Positions 1 through 13,860 of a stretch of DNA of 64,000 bases are shown in pieces. The notes beneath the pieces are model-generated. The model did no database searches and was not told where the DNA came from. It saw only the letters and a list, made by a program, of their open reading frames with translations. The DNA is taken from contig OZ024755.1 of assembly GCA_964016885.1 (NCBI GenBank), positions 8,618,001 through 8,682,000 of the forward strand, written 5' to 3'. Within the stretch, counting starts at the first letter, position 1, and each line of letters opens with the position of its first letter. Source of the stretch: Eledone cirrhosa (Eukaryota). A program made the translations under genes and the position numbers.

Positions 1-115
1 AATGCTTATATAAATACTTATCTATATTGAATGGTCGATATCTATGTCCCCAAAATGTATACACGCTTCAACAGCATTCTAATAAATATGTGTATACATT
101 CTTTGGGACAGCCTG

Positions 116-550
<435 letters not shown>

Positions 551-1372
551 AGTTAGAGAGTTGATAAATATGTGTGTGAGTATGGCCAATTATATGTGGT
601 AGTATAAGACAGCTGTGTAGGAAAGGGTAATATATATAGTTATATATCTTCTCATTACTGTTTCTGTCTGGACGAAACAAAAACAAAACGTGTCTTCAAG
701 AATGGATGCAGTCTATGGAGACACCACGTATCAGATACTAAAAAATAATATTTGTGATATCTCTAACTCGCCCCCTATCTCTTTCTGTCTGTCTATCTGA
801 CTGTCTCCACTTTCATTATCTCACTCTCTTTCCTCTTACTCTCTTACTCTCTCTTACTCTCACAAACACAGCTATCGGTTTGTAATACATAAACTCATAC
901 GCTTTTAATAATGCAAAGACACGAAGTCTGGTAAGTTTCAAAGGTCGTAAATGGGAAGCTGCGACCTCAGTGACTTTTCCAATCAGAGTTGAAATATCCA
1001 TTTTGCAAGGCAATATCACCACATTTATATATATATATATATGTATGTGTGTATGTTTGTATTTATGTATATATATATACAGTTAATTAAATATGTTTGT
1101 CTGTCTTATTCCACAAGGAGAGAGACAGGCAGATAGAGACAGATTAAAAGCGAATATGTTTTGTGTGCATTTTTTTTTGGTATATACTGTGTAGCTTTTC
1201 GTGTTATTGCATCTCAAATTAGAAACAACCTATTATTTGCCGTCTATATACTCGTCATTTAATTCTTCCAGTAAATGCTCCAACCCACATTGGGTATTTC
1301 TCTATCTATTGTATCAGCAACGCTCATGCAATCTCATCTGCAAAAGTGATGTGCTTTCTCTATTTTACTTAG

Positions 1373-1504
1373 TCTCCTTTAGTTTCTCAGCCATTTTACT
1401 GTGTAATGGGTGTATTTACTCTTGCCACTAATATAAAAGTGGCTGAGTTTTCCACTGAAAGTATTGCAGGCATTTTGCAGAGTGTAATGGATGAAGTTTA
1501 TCGG
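1373..1504 (+). CDS. Candidate internal exon, possibly of an iGluR/ANF-receptor-like N-terminal domain
   Basis: Polypyrimidine acceptor tttctctattttacttag; open phase-0 frame SPLVSQPFYCVMGVFTLATNIKVAEFSTESIAGILQSVMDEVYR; donor CGG|GTCAGA (alternative AG|GTTGGT at 1518). Family resemblance judged by eye only. Confidence 0.4.
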
Positions 1505-1677
1505 GTCAGAGAAAATAGGTTGGTTGCTATATCCTTTATTGGACTCAAGTGCTCTGCCTACTCTGCTTGGCATAGTTTGGTTTCTTTTGCCAGCACAGAG
1601 AGGGTTCCGATCCGTTGCGCAACTGACTGACGTGGTACAAATTCATCATGTTATGAAACTGTGTGAATTTTCTGCTG

Positions 1678-1715
<38 letters not shown>

Positions 1716-1723
1716 TATATATA

Positions 1724-1911
1724 TAACAAAGAAGGTGTGGTAAGATACCACGTGGGCCATAACGCAACAGAGTACTCAATACTTAGGGTAGTAGAGTGGG
1801 TAATAGGAAAAGAGTCTGGACCCCTACGGCTGAGCTCCAGCCGTTTCGACAGTTAGATTTGAACAGCTGTCAAAACGGCCGGTGCTCAGATCTCGGGGTC
1901 CTGACCCTTTT

Positions 1912-1915
<4 letters not shown>
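1724..1915 (-). mobile_element. Family A fold-back short element, copy 1 (diverged)
   Basis: Body matches 8 other copies (TGTGGTAAG..CCATAACGCA..GAGTACTCAATACTTAGGGTAGTAGAGTGGGTAATAGGAA); imperfect hairpin 1804-1915; (TA)n on both sides. Strand is defined with the hairpin at the 5' end. Confidence 0.85.
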
Positions 1916-1963
<48 letters not shown>

Positions 1964-3180
1964 TCAAATTTAATATAAATTAAATTTATAAATTTAAGAA
2001 TTTATAAATTTCCGGTTGGTTGGTTGGTTCCACAACCGGACGGTTGTTCATATATTGTCAAAGTTCTTTCGTCACACATTCTGTGACCTCTTCGGTGACT
2101 GGGGATTCTTTTCTTAGTCTTTGTGCCTCTCCTTTGTTCTGTCCTTCGCCATTTTGTGTTTGTGTGTGTTCTCTCTCTCTATATATATATATATCAGGTT
2201 TTTTACAAAATATATATATATATATATCAGGTTTTTTACAAAATATATATATATATATATCAGATTTTTTACAAAATGAAAAAAAATCGAGGTGTCCTAC
2301 ACGAGTGAAAGTATAAGGAAAAAAGATGAAATCGAAAATGCAACTGGAGTCTGTTTTTTAAAAAAATATATTTATTTGGTTCCTTTACCAATTTCGCAGT
2401 TCTGGTTTTCAAAAGTAGAATTGAGATGGAGGGTTTGTGGTTTTTCTCATATAGGAAGAGAGAGAGAGAGAGACTGCAACAGGACAGCAAATGGTACAAG
2501 AAAAACATGCCCCATACATAATCAAGTTAAAACAAGTGTTATCATCTAACCTTTTGCCACTTCAATGTTCTAATCCGAGGGCTCTAATCTGTATTTATGA
2601 AGGAGAGATAAAGCTGACTTCCCTCTGTTAATCACAGTGACACACTCTCTCTAGGAACAATTGGACATTGTAATCTTCTTTTCTTAATCCTACAAATAAC
2701 ACTTCGTAGTATTTTATTGTGGAAATTGCGCTCATCAGAAAATTTATTTTTAATTACTTGAAATAGATAAATAAATAGTTACGCAGTGACATACATATAT
2801 CTCACCAACAAACACACAAACACACAACGTCTTTGATGAAATTGTTATTTATGGTGAGAAATAATCCAAGCTAAATAAAGAAGCAACTACCCGAATGTAC
2901 GATAGATATTTTAAATATGATGGTTTATTGCTTTATAAGTGATATTGTTTTATGACTGGTAGGAGCAAAACAAGAATATTTTCATAGTAACCATCAATTA
3001 TCTACACACATACATACAGACATATATATATATATATAGGAGGAAGTTATAGTTCACTTGAAGCATAGTGTAATAAGGTATAAACATTTGGATTTGTAAA
3101 GCCAAAACAATATATATATACATATATATATGTATATATAATTATATATATATATATGTGTATATATATATATATATATA

Positions 3181-3359
<179 letters not shown>

Positions 3360-3549
3360 TTATATATACATATATGTATGTATACATATATATATCTATA
3401 TATATATATATACATATATATACATATATATATACATATATATATATATACACATATATATATATATATATGTATGCATGTATGCATGTATGTGAGTGTG
3501 TGTGTGTACATGTATTTGTGTGTGTTTGTAACCAATTTTCCTCGTGCAG

Positions 3550-3660
3550 ATGTGGTTATTGTTACTGTCGTCTGAACCCATAGACGTGTTTCATCAAAAT
3601 ATCTATAAACAAATAATTCCATCCGCGATCTTCTTCTCTTTTTCCAATCCAGTACTCAAA
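3550..3660 (+). CDS. Candidate internal exon (phase 0-0)
   Basis: Acceptor ttttcctcgtgcag; 111 nt open frame [37 protein letters not shown]; donor AAA|GTAATG; phase-compatible with 1373-1504 and 4512-4559. Confidence 0.4.
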
Positions 3661-4511
3661 GTAATGTTTCTTAAGATAGTGGCGTATGACCTAACGAAAG
3701 TTTAACTGCTACTATAGGCATTAAAGGACGTCAGCGTTCTAGTTATGATATAGACGGGAATATTTAACTTGAAAAGAATTCCTCCTTTGTTTAAATGACT
3801 TCCTCCAATATCCATAACATAACACTTCCCTGGATCTATTTCTAATGAAATATACTCTGTTTCACTCAGCATCGTTACCCCGGTAGTTTGGAGTGGGGTG
3901 CGTTCCCTGGTGTGTGTTTAGCCTTTTGTTTTCAGACACATAATGTCAGGTACTTAAATGATAGAGTGTGATTGGAGGAAGATATTGCTGCTATATTCAG
4001 CTAGTCAAGTACACAAATAGAGCATCTCTCACTTCAAACAGTAACAGAGTCGAAATCACATTATCGACAACCTGAGCTATAGAGTTTTGAATTGTGTTAC
4101 GTACATAGAGTCAGATAAGTTAGCAAACCAATTAGAATAAAGAGTAGGTGTGAGTTTAACTAACAAAACAATGTGATCGAGCACACATACTCATAAATAC
4201 ATTCATACAGATACACATAGATACAGATACTTCTGCTCACATCACATGCTTCCACATAAACACACACAGACAGAGACAGACACCTGATGCAGACACGCAC
4301 ATACTCAGATACATACAGGCACAGGCATCCAATGCTACGCACGAACGCATACGCAGATACACACAAACGCAGACACTCATTGAAACATACATACACGTAC
4401 GCAGATACACACAGACACACGTCAGTTGTGAATACTCTATTCAGCAGTTTTGATAGAGAACATAATGTCTTACTATCATGAAGCCAGTGATTTGTCTATT
4501 ACTCTGCTAAG

Positions 4512-4559
4512 GCATTCTGTAACAGTGGAGAAATGGATGCATTGTTCGTAGACGTCACA
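4512..4559 (+). CDS. Candidate small exon (phase 0-0)
   Basis: Acceptor ctctgctaag; AFCNSGEMDALFVDVT; strong donor ACA|GTAAGT. Confidence 0.4.
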
Positions 4560-5073
4560 GTAAGTCATTCACCTGTCATTTCCTCGGTGTCTAATTCCAG
4601 CCATGGTTGTCAACCTTGTCAGCTTTTCAAGTTTAGTAATCTACATAATATCCCATGATGCCTAATTTCAAAGAGATAAACTGAAGTTAGAGAAATATCA
4701 GTGTATAACAAGGCATCTTTTCAATTGAGGTATTGAAGATATATTGTGCCATCTGCTGGACGCATCATGGCCGAATGTTTTTCCTGTTCTCATAATAATT
4801 AAGTGGTGGGTTCAATTATGTTGCGTGGTGCATTTTAGGCAGTTTTCATTTACTTTAACCTTAGGTCGACCTAGGTAGACAGAATCTGTTTGCTAGACCA
4901 GTGGATAGATGGTACCTGTAATCCAAATGACAATATTATGCTGAATCTACTTGAGAATTTCTTTAAAGTTACACATGTCTATAGAAAGCACAGCTACATA
5001 TATATTAATTCCACACACACGCATACATACATATGTACACACACATACATACACACACATACATATACATATG

Positions 5074-5117
<44 letters not shown>

Positions 5118-5233
5118 TAACAGATTAAAGTTTAAGTCTGAAACTCATATTTGCTCTAGGGTTCTTATATATTTGATATATATTTATCCTTATCGTGCCC
5201 TCTTTGGATTTTAGTCTTCGCATTTATTATTAT

Positions 5234-5278
<45 letters not shown>

Positions 5279-5731
5279 AAAGAGTAGGAGAAACAAATAG
5301 TTAGAAAAAAAGTTGTAACATGATATCAAAATGAAGAATTCTTTTGAAAATGGCTTTATTCTTTATTTCCCAGCCACGATAAAAGAACATCTAAAGATGA
5401 AAGAAAGACACCAAATATCCAAAACTGTATCAAATGAAAAGAAGCCTAAGGTTATGATAAATAACAACGTTTAGCAAACAGCTGCCATTATTGAAAATTT
5501 TCTTGGCCGCCATGTTAATTCTAGATCATAGTGGTTTTTCTCATCACCATGGTAACGAAACCTTATGATGCTCTGATTGAAAACTTGTACCATTTATTAT
5601 TTACATGACAATGTCATGCAACAAGTGAACTCACTGAAATGTCTGCTTGAAATCTGTTTATCACATGATTAAATTTATTATATGAAATCTCTATTGTAGT
5701 ACAGAGAAACTGTTGCACATTATTATTAAAA

Positions 5732-5923
5732 GGGCGGTGGATTGCAGTATCGGTAGAGCGTCGGACGCTATGCATTGCAGCATAGAATTATGGCCTTTTA
5801 CGGTCTGAGTTCAATCCCGTCGAGGTTAACTTTACCTTTCATCCCTACCGGTTCGATAAAATAAAGTACCAGTAATACACTGGAATAATTTCTGGCCTTG
5901 TGCCAATTATTTTTAAAACAATT
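5732..5923 (+). mobile_element. tRNA-derived SINE (short subfamily)
   Basis: Head gggcggtggattgcagtatcgg with A-box-like and B-box (gagttcaatcc) motifs; core ctttacctttcatcc..gataaaataaagtaccag resembles the Meta-type SINE central domain; TSD ATTATTATTAA at 5719-5729 and 5921-5931. Confidence 0.9.
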
Positions 5924-5933
5924 ATTATTAACG

Positions 5934-6110
5934 GTTTCAGATGTGATCACAAGATCAACAATTTTGACGGAGAGGAAAATTGATTAAAACGACCCCAGTA
6001 ACTATGAAAGGAAAAGTTAACCTCAGCAGTATTTGAACTCATGGTCGTAATTATATGTCACAAAGCATGTTGTCCGATGCCCCAAGGATGCTGCTAATCC
6101 ACCTCCCTCT
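5934..6110 (-). mobile_element. tRNA-derived SINE, diverged, tail-to-tail with the previous copy
   Basis: Reverse-complement similarity to the same family (gaaaggaaaagttaacctc..atttgaactca..ctaatccacctccc). Confidence 0.75.
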
Positions 6111-6999
6111 TAATGTAGACACTAGAAAGTGATGAAACATGTTACTTTGGAGTTTCATCTGTTTAACTCCCAGGATTATTAGACAAGACTTCTGATGATC
6201 CTGTGAGTAGACATTATTTGACACGTTCTAATATATCTTCCAAGCACAACACCTTGTATATATATATATTAATATTTACTTAATATTTAATTATAATAAT
6301 GTGTATTTCTTTATAAATATGAGAACAAAAGGGTTAGGACCGATGAGAAGAGGGGTTGGCGAGATTTGAACTGGAAGTGAAAAGACATCAGAACTCAAAA
6401 TCGCCTGGTATTTTATTCATGACTAACGATTTTTCCAACCCACTTCCCTTTCTTAACGTCGTATATATCAATTAATACATGTTTTTTCTTTCCTCGGTGT
6501 TTTCGTCTTCTATAAAAGTTTTCATCATTTTCTTTACCTTTATTTTTCACGTTACATTACTGTAATAATGTTTTTCTCTTGTAGCTCCCGTTAATGGAAC
6601 ACAAGATTGCAGGAGTTTTATATATTATACCTTTCTTTTTTTTCAAATACATTAAATCTGTTATTGTTGTGGCCTTTTTTTAAATTTAATATATATTTCA
6701 ATGTATTCCACAGTCTTATATCTGAAATATCGATTGTCTTATATAATTTTCAATCCTATACATAGAAAATGTTGAGTTGAACAACAATCACTGTCGGTTC
6801 TATTACATTCAATCAATTTTAGATTCATTGAGTTCACAAAAGACATTGCTCTATCGGTTTAAAAAGTACACTTCATAACTACACTCTTTCGGTTTTAATT
6901 TTATTCACGATCTTATTCGTTTTCACGATTGCCATATTAGTTATATTTGGTAGACAGACACTTTGTGGAAGTCACACACACAAAAACACACTTGTACAC

Positions 7000-7112
<113 letters not shown>

Positions 7113-7574
7113 CACCTCTATTCTTTTAAACATATATATATATATACATGGTGTTTGCCCCTTGTGATTTGAACATACATAGCTACATATATGTGTTCGT
7201 CTCTCCTTACAGTATTATAAGGCTGGGACAAATATTTCTCCTTGAGCTATTTTAACTATAGGGGACTATTGTGAGTTTTTAACTCAATATATACTTTTGA
7301 TACATAATATTTCTCTGTGTATGTGCGTATGTGTGTATGTGCGTATGGACCTGCAACTCCTATCCCGTTGATCGAATAACTGGAATACTTAGCGCCAAAA
7401 TCGACAGAGGCCGATTCCACATTATTGCATGTACCCATGTTTAAGACGCTAAGATGATTTAAGGGAACTTCTGAGGCAGCTATTTCTTTCAAACGAAACC
7501 GATAGCGAAGCAGCTCATTTTATAAGTTATCAATAGTTAAAAAATAAGGTTTTTATCCTGCTACAAAATTTGCA

Positions 7575-7735
7575 AGTGGCGAATTGGCAGAATAATTTGA
7601 ACGTCAGGTATAATGTATTGCGATATTTGTTTCGGATTTTTGAGAACTGAGTTGAAATCAAGGCGTGTTCAAATTTCCCTTTCATCCTTTCAAGGCCAAT
7701 TTAAAAAGTAGGAGACAAGTACTGATATCGATTAT
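7575..7735 (+). mobile_element. Degenerate tRNA-derived SINE
   Basis: ggcgaattggcagaat head, gagttgaaatc B-box-like motif, ctttcatcctttc core. Confidence 0.6.
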
Positions 7736-7886
7736 TCCTTTATACCTTTTTCTCATTTCTCTCTACTCTTCTCTCAACAAAATCTGCCCTGTTCAACCTC
7801 GGAGAGTTGTGTAGTTCACTAGGTTTTAAATGCACAAGAGGAATTTCGCGATGATACTCCAAGAAAAGTTGCAAATCCATACATTT

Positions 7887-7926
<40 letters not shown>

Positions 7927-7973
7927 CCAGAGAATAGTTTATAATTTAGGCAGAAGATGATTTACTCCAAATA

Positions 7974-8277
7974 AAGAAAGGCAAAGTTAACCTCGGCAGT
8001 ATTTGAACTCAGAACGTAGATACGGAATATATACCAGAATTCTAACGGTTCTGTATATCTAATCCGCATCCACCATTCTTTTTGTATTGGAGAATAAACT
8101 GCCAGTTGATTATTCACGAGAAGTGCTCCAAAGAAAGGCAAAGTTAATCTCCATGGCATTTGAACTCAGAATATATACCAGAATTCTTACAGTTCTCTAT
8201 ATCTAATCCATATCCACCACTCTTTTTGTATTGGAGAATAAAACTGAAAACTGTCAGTTGATTATTCACGAGAAGTG
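7974..8277. repeat. Tandem direct duplication of about 150 bp containing a SINE fragment
   Basis: 7974-8124 and 8131-8277 both read aagaaaggcaaagttaa..atttgaactcagaa..tataccagaattct..gtattggagaataaa..cagttgattattcacgagaagtg. Confidence 0.9.
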
Positions 8278-8477
8278 TACGGCTTTTATGTTAACCCTAT
8301 TTAATGTTAAAGATTACAATCACGTGAACCTATTAACCTTCTGAATATCAGATAATAAACCAAGCTACCAGTTAAATATATTCTAAACATTTATGCTAAT
8401 GTTTTCTTCCTATACTACATCGTTAATGTAACTAACTAATAATTGATATTAGATTATATCATACTAAACTGTTGCAT

Positions 8478-8610
8478 TAGTTGTTGTTGTTGGTGGTGTT
8501 AGTGGTGGTTGTGTCGTTGTTGTTGTTGTTGGTGTTGTTGTTGTTGTTGTTGTTGGTGGTGGTGTTGGTGGTGGTGGTGTTGTTGTTGGTGGTGGTGGGG
8601 GTAGTGGTGC

Positions 8611-8641
<31 letters not shown>

Positions 8642-8720
8642 GTTGTTGTCGTGGTTGTTGTTGTTGTCGTGGTTGTTGTTGTTGTTGTTGTTGTTGTCGT
8701 GGTGGTGTTGTCGTCGTTTT

Positions 8721-8791
<71 letters not shown>

Positions 8792-9230
8792 GGTGGTAGT
8801 GGTGCCGGTGATGGTTGTGATGGTGGTGATGGTGGTGGTGGTGGTGTTAGCGGTGGTTGTGGTGGTGGTGTTGTCGTCGTTGTTGTCGTCTTTGTTGTTG
8901 CTGCTGTTGTTGTTGTCGGTGGTGGTAGTTGTGGTGGCAATACCTTCCTTGCTGGGGATGATGTTCTTAGTACTGATGTTAGTGTTGGTTGTATGGCTGT
9001 TCTTTTTGGTGGTGGTGGTGGTGAAGGTGGCGATGTTGTTTTTGGTGGTTCTGTTGTCGATGATGATAATGATGTTGTTATTGTTTGTGGTGGTGGTGGT
9101 GGTGGTGGTGGTGGTGGTGGTGGTATCACTAGAGGTGGTGGTGGTGTTGGTGGTGGTATCACTAGAGGTGGTGGTGGTGGTGTTGGTGGTGATATCACTA
9201 GTGCTAGTGATGGTAGTGTGGCTTGTTGAT
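8478..9230. repeat. (GTT)n/(GGT)n trinucleotide low-complexity tract
   Basis: Mixed GTT/GGT/GTC triplets; several frames open only because the repeats lack stops. Confidence 0.9.
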
Positions 9231-9783
9231 GTTTTCTATTTTCTACACTGACTGAAATCGTTTTGTCCTCCTTCCCATGCTAATTTCTAACTTCAATCAC
9301 GAGATATAATATTTGAAAGGGAAAAAAAAAGTATGCAATAAGCGAGTAACAATCATAACTGAAGCAGCAGCAGCAGTAAATCTAGCATCAACAGCATCAG
9401 CAGCAGTGGGGGTAATAGCAGCAGCAGCAGTAATAGTAGTATTACTAGTAGCGTGTGTAGTGGAGAGGGGTAATAATCAGAGAAAAGATGAACAGCCAGA
9501 TGTATCAAAGCGTCTTCTAAAACATCTCTTCATTGTGTACTGTTGACGCAGGCATGACTGAGTGGTTAAGAAGAAACTCACTTTGTAATAGTAAGGTTTC
9601 GCGTTCGATCTCAATGCGTTCGCTATTTTTCTCTCTACAAACATAGCACATATACAGACAAGGTATTGATATCTGGCTACAGACACAAGCTGCTCAACAA
9701 TATCTATAGATACGCTCTGTAATATAGTGAAGTATTGAGGCAAAATACTGTTAACAACGCATCCATTTTTTTAAAGAACTTGC

Positions 9784-9962
<179 letters not shown>

Positions 9963-9979
9963 TTGCATGTTATATATAT

Positions 9980-10016
<37 letters not shown>

Positions 10017-10060
10017 GAAAAAGACACAAGAGCGTCTACAACATCAAAAGATTTGTATTG

Positions 10061-10105
10061 GCTTACAATGTTTCTTCCTTACGTAACCGTAGGATTCGTC
10101 AGAGC
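10061..10105 (-). ncRNA. Degenerate minimal hammerhead ribozyme motif in a ~120 bp insert between TA runs
   Basis: Minus strand: GCT-CTGACGA-ATCCTACG GTTA CGTAAGGAA-GAA-ACATTGT-A-AGC; core intact, stem I reduced to 3 bp. Confidence 0.6.
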
Positions 10106-10139
10106 TATAAAAGGGGTTTGATTGGTGTTATGGACTCTA

Positions 10140-10196
<57 letters not shown>

Positions 10197-10199
<3 letters not shown>

Positions 10200-10283
10200 C
10201 AAAGAAAGTGTGGTAAGAAACCAGGTGAACCATAACGCACCAGAGTACCCGATGCTTAGTGTAATAAGGAAAGAGTATTTTCC

Positions 10284-10285
<2 letters not shown>
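10197..10285 (-). mobile_element. Family A short element, internally deleted copy
   Basis: taacaaagaaagtgtggtaagaaaccaggtgaaccataacgcaccagagtac..ggaaagagtattttccta between TA runs; hairpin collapsed to a stub. Confidence 0.8.
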
Positions 10286-10341
<56 letters not shown>

Positions 10342-11084
10342 TGTGTGTGTATGTATATATATATATACATAGGTATTTATATGTGTGTGTGTGTAAATGG
10401 TTTATGTAGGCTATGTAAGCATTGTGTCATCCTCAGGTTATAGCAGTATATCCATGGACAGTTAATAAGTTCCCAGTCATTGGTGATTTCCAACAAAGAT
10501 TGAGTTAAATCCACACGAACAAATGTTAACCTACCTATGGATATCAGATTTTTCCTTTTGTCATGATATGAGCTACACAGTTATCATTCACGTTTAGCAC
10601 GCATACACCAGCATGCAAAGTGGCCTGCACTAACAATATACCAATTATAATACGAATACAAATTCCTGCAGTAATTGTAGAGAGTTGTATTACACACTAA
10701 TTGAAACCCAAACAAACACCAGTTAATCTGGCCAGGAGTATCTACATATTTTCAGATTTAATTGAGATATTCATAGAGGATAACATTTTTTTCGATACAC
10801 TGCATGATGAATATTAGTAAAACCTGACCCACCAGGTCACAAAATCGATAATTCTTTGATGTTTCATACATTTTAAAACATTTTGTTGAAAAGAAAATCA
10901 TGTTCCCAGTAAACAGTTGAAACAAACAATTGTTAGAATACAAACAAAGATTGCTAAATACATTGGAGAATGTAAATTTGCGTGCATGAAAGAAGAGGAC
11001 TGAAAATATTTGGTATGCACTAGTTTCAACATGACGTTTATATACTTATATATGTATGTAAATATATATATATATATATATATA

Positions 11085-11130
<46 letters not shown>

Positions 11131-11131
11131 A

Positions 11132-11169
<38 letters not shown>

Positions 11170-11223
11170 TGCGTGTGCATGGATTTAGGTGTCCAAGTGT
11201 GCGCGCATAAACTTATATATGGG

Positions 11224-11333
<110 letters not shown>

Positions 11334-11506
11334 AGATAGGGCGATAGATAGATAGATAGATAGATACATAGATAGATACACAGTTGAATACGTGTTTGAA
11401 TAGATATACAAAGTTATATATGGAAAATAGACAGCTGCATCCTTACTTGAGCAAACATACAATGTGTGACACTCTTTGTGTTGTGATGGCTATAGCCTAC
11501 ATAATG

Positions 11507-11720
11507 GTTTCATATTTAGGCACAATATCAGCGAAATGGGAGGAAGAGAAAGTCGATTAAATCGACCCCAGTGCGCGACTGGTACTTTATTTATCGACCC
11601 CTTAAGGATGAAGGCAAAGTTACCCTTAGCGGAATCTGAAATCAGACCGTAAATAACCGTAAGTCTATGCCGCAAAGCATAGTGTCCGACCCTCTACCGA
11701 TACTGCCAATCCACCGTCCT
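11507..11720 (-). mobile_element. tRNA-derived SINE (long subfamily)
   Basis: Full-length reverse copy that retains the gtcgatttaatcgactttctcttcc segment. Confidence 0.9.
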
Positions 11721-12156
11721 TGAATGCTGTCAGTTTAGCAGTGTTGTTAGAATGACGAAGAATTTGACAGTCTTGTTAGACTTGGTTAATTTGACAGTAT
11801 CGTTACCGTCTTGGTCAATTTCGCCGAGTCGTTACATAGAACCTTGGTCAATCTGGAGTGCCGTTTGAGTGTTGGCTATTTGTTGAATATTTCTTCAATC
11901 CATCCATCCCATGTTGCTGATGATAAGGAGAGTATTGGTGCTATTGTAACCTCTTCTCCTTCCGGATTTTACAGAAAGATCAACAGTCAAATATGAGGGG
12001 CTCTGTCTCTTCTTACAATTGAATGTGAACCGAAAATCCTTAGCAAAATCGCAGTACCTAATACTAAGTTATACTCATATATATATATATATATGTGTAG
12101 TTGAACGGGAACAAAACAGAGAGGCAGTACGAACAAAGGTTTATTAGTTTCACGCT

Positions 12157-12220
<64 letters not shown>

Positions 12221-12258
12221 ATATAAATAAATGGAAGCTATCTTTATAAAACCATATT

Positions 12259-12318
12259 TATTTTATTATATATATTTCAAGCTACCAACATTTTAGTATG
12301 CTCTCATCAGATAGAATA
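12259..12318 (-). ncRNA. Minimal type-I hammerhead ribozyme motif (Penelope-like-element type)
   Basis: Minus strand: TATTCTAT-CTGATGA-GAGC A TACTAA AATG TTGGTA GCTT-GAA-ATATATAT-A-ATAAAATA; palindromic stem III, AUA cleavage triplet, stem I 7/8 paired. Confidence 0.8.
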
Positions 12319-12328
12319 CCAACTTTTG

Positions 12329-12381
12329 TATTTTATCTGATGAGAGCGTATCAAATTGTCGGTACCCTTGAAATATATATA
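12329..12381 (+). ncRNA. Hammerhead motif separated from the 3' strand of stem I by a SINE insertion
   Basis: TATTTTAT-CTGATGA-GAGCGTATC AAATTGTC GGTACCCTT-GAA-ATATATAT-A; the partner ATAAAATA now lies after the SINE at 12494-12501. Confidence 0.75.
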
Positions 12382-12383
12382 AT

Positions 12384-12487
12384 TGTTTCTACTTTTGGCA
12401 CAAGGTCAGCAAATACCCAGTGCATTACTGGTACTTTATTTTATCGACCCTGTAAGGATGAAAGACAAAGTAAACCTCGGCGGGATT
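12384..12487 (-). mobile_element. 5'-truncated SINE (short subfamily)
   Basis: Reverse 3' half of the SINE; TSD TATATAAT at 12376-12383 and 12488-12495. Confidence 0.9.
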
Positions 12488-12625
12488 TATATAATAAAAT
12501 AAATATGGTTTTATAAAGATAGCTTCCATTTATTAATATTATTGATATTATACTCCAGAAGAAATACTGTTGAGTCCTTCTAATATATATATATATTATG
12601 TATATATATTATGTATATATATGAA

Positions 12626-12813
12626 GGGCGGTGGATTGGCAGTATCGGTAGAGGGTCGCACGCCATGCTTTCCAGCATAGTTGCGTCCCTTTACGATCTG
12701 AGTTCAAATCCCGTCGAGGTTGACTTTGCCTTTCATCCTTACGGGGTCGATAAAATAAAGTACCAGTAATGCACTGGGTAATTGCTGGCCTTGTGCCTAA
12801 AGTAGAAACAATT
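12626..12813 (+). mobile_element. tRNA-derived SINE (short subfamily), near full length
   Basis: A box TGGCAGTATCGG, B box GAGTTCAAATCC, core ctttgcctttcatccttacggggtcgataaaataaagtaccag, tail ggccttgtgcctaaagtagaaacaatt. Confidence 0.92.
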
Positions 12814-12826
12814 ATGTATATATATG

Positions 12827-12885
<59 letters not shown>

Positions 12886-13093
12886 ATGAATAAGTACGTT
12901 TATATCAGGCCATGTTGTTTACATTTATATTCAGTAAATTGTATTATATGCTGTTAGATTGAAAATCACTTCGACGCCTCTACATTGCTCTTTTGTCATA
13001 TTATACAACAGTGTACCTCATTTGAATGATAAGCGTACATAGACGCATATATATATATATATATATTTATATATATTTTTTTTTTTTTCGTGT

Positions 13094-13125
<32 letters not shown>

Positions 13126-13672
13126 GCTGATATGTAAAAATGTGTATTTCTCCCTGTTTTCTGGTATGTTATCTATTTTCTTTTTTGTTTCAAATATATT
13201 TGGCTTTAGAAATCAGTTTATTGTTTACAAGATTTCTATTGAATTAATATTATTTTATTCATTTATTATTTTTATTATTTTTATTATTTTTATTATTATT
13301 ATTGATATTCTTATTTTTTGTGTAGTTTGACTAATACAGTTTGATGACATAAAACAAGAAACGAAACAAAAGATATGAAAAAATATTCCTAATTTGTTCT
13401 AATTTCATTATTTAATTTACTAAACTTTTGTTTAGAATAAAAATGTTATTTTATCTACTTTATTTAATAATATATTTACGTATTTGTTTATTCATTAGCT
13501 TGCTTTATTCAATGAAATTCTCTGAAACATAGCTTGACGTATACTTTCATTGTTCAAACACGAAATCCCAAACAAGAATGTATACAATAGGAATTATACT
13601 CTCGAATAACATAACACAGTTCTAATTGTGGATCTGGATCTTCTAGAAATAGCAATCAAATTTTCCTGAAAT

Positions 13673-13860
13673 AATTGTTTCTACTTTTGGCACAAGGCCA
13701 ACAATTAACTAGTACATTACTGGTACTTTATTTTACCGAGCCTGTAAGGATGAAAGGCAAAGTTAACATCGACGGGATTTGAATTCAGACCGTAAAAGGA
13801 CGTAACTATACTAGAAAGCATGGCGTCCAACCCTCTACCGATACTGCCAATTCACCGCCC
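13673..13860 (-). mobile_element. tRNA-derived SINE (short subfamily)
   Basis: Full reverse copy; AAATAAT repeated at 13669-13675 and 13863-13869 (probable TSD). Confidence 0.92.

Larger units (their letters stand above)
12220..12540. repeat. Long inverted repeat carrying two divergent hammerhead motifs; right arm interrupted by a SINE
   Basis: Left arm 12220-12318 is the reverse complement of 12329-12383 plus 12496-12540 (aaataaatatggttttataaagatagcttccattta). Confidence 0.9.

Noticed and set aside
872-930. Coding exon before a strong GTAAGT donor
   Set aside because: Stops in all three frames from the nearest acceptor; at most UTR or decayed.
8464-9251. Pro/Thr-rich mucin-like ORF and overlapping Val/Leu/Gly-rich ORFs
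   Set aside because: Open in several frames because of GTT/GGT repeats; no splice or domain context.
11920-12050. LINE RT remnant (SLLTIECEPKILSKI)
   Set aside because: Only one short motif-like match; insufficient without a search.
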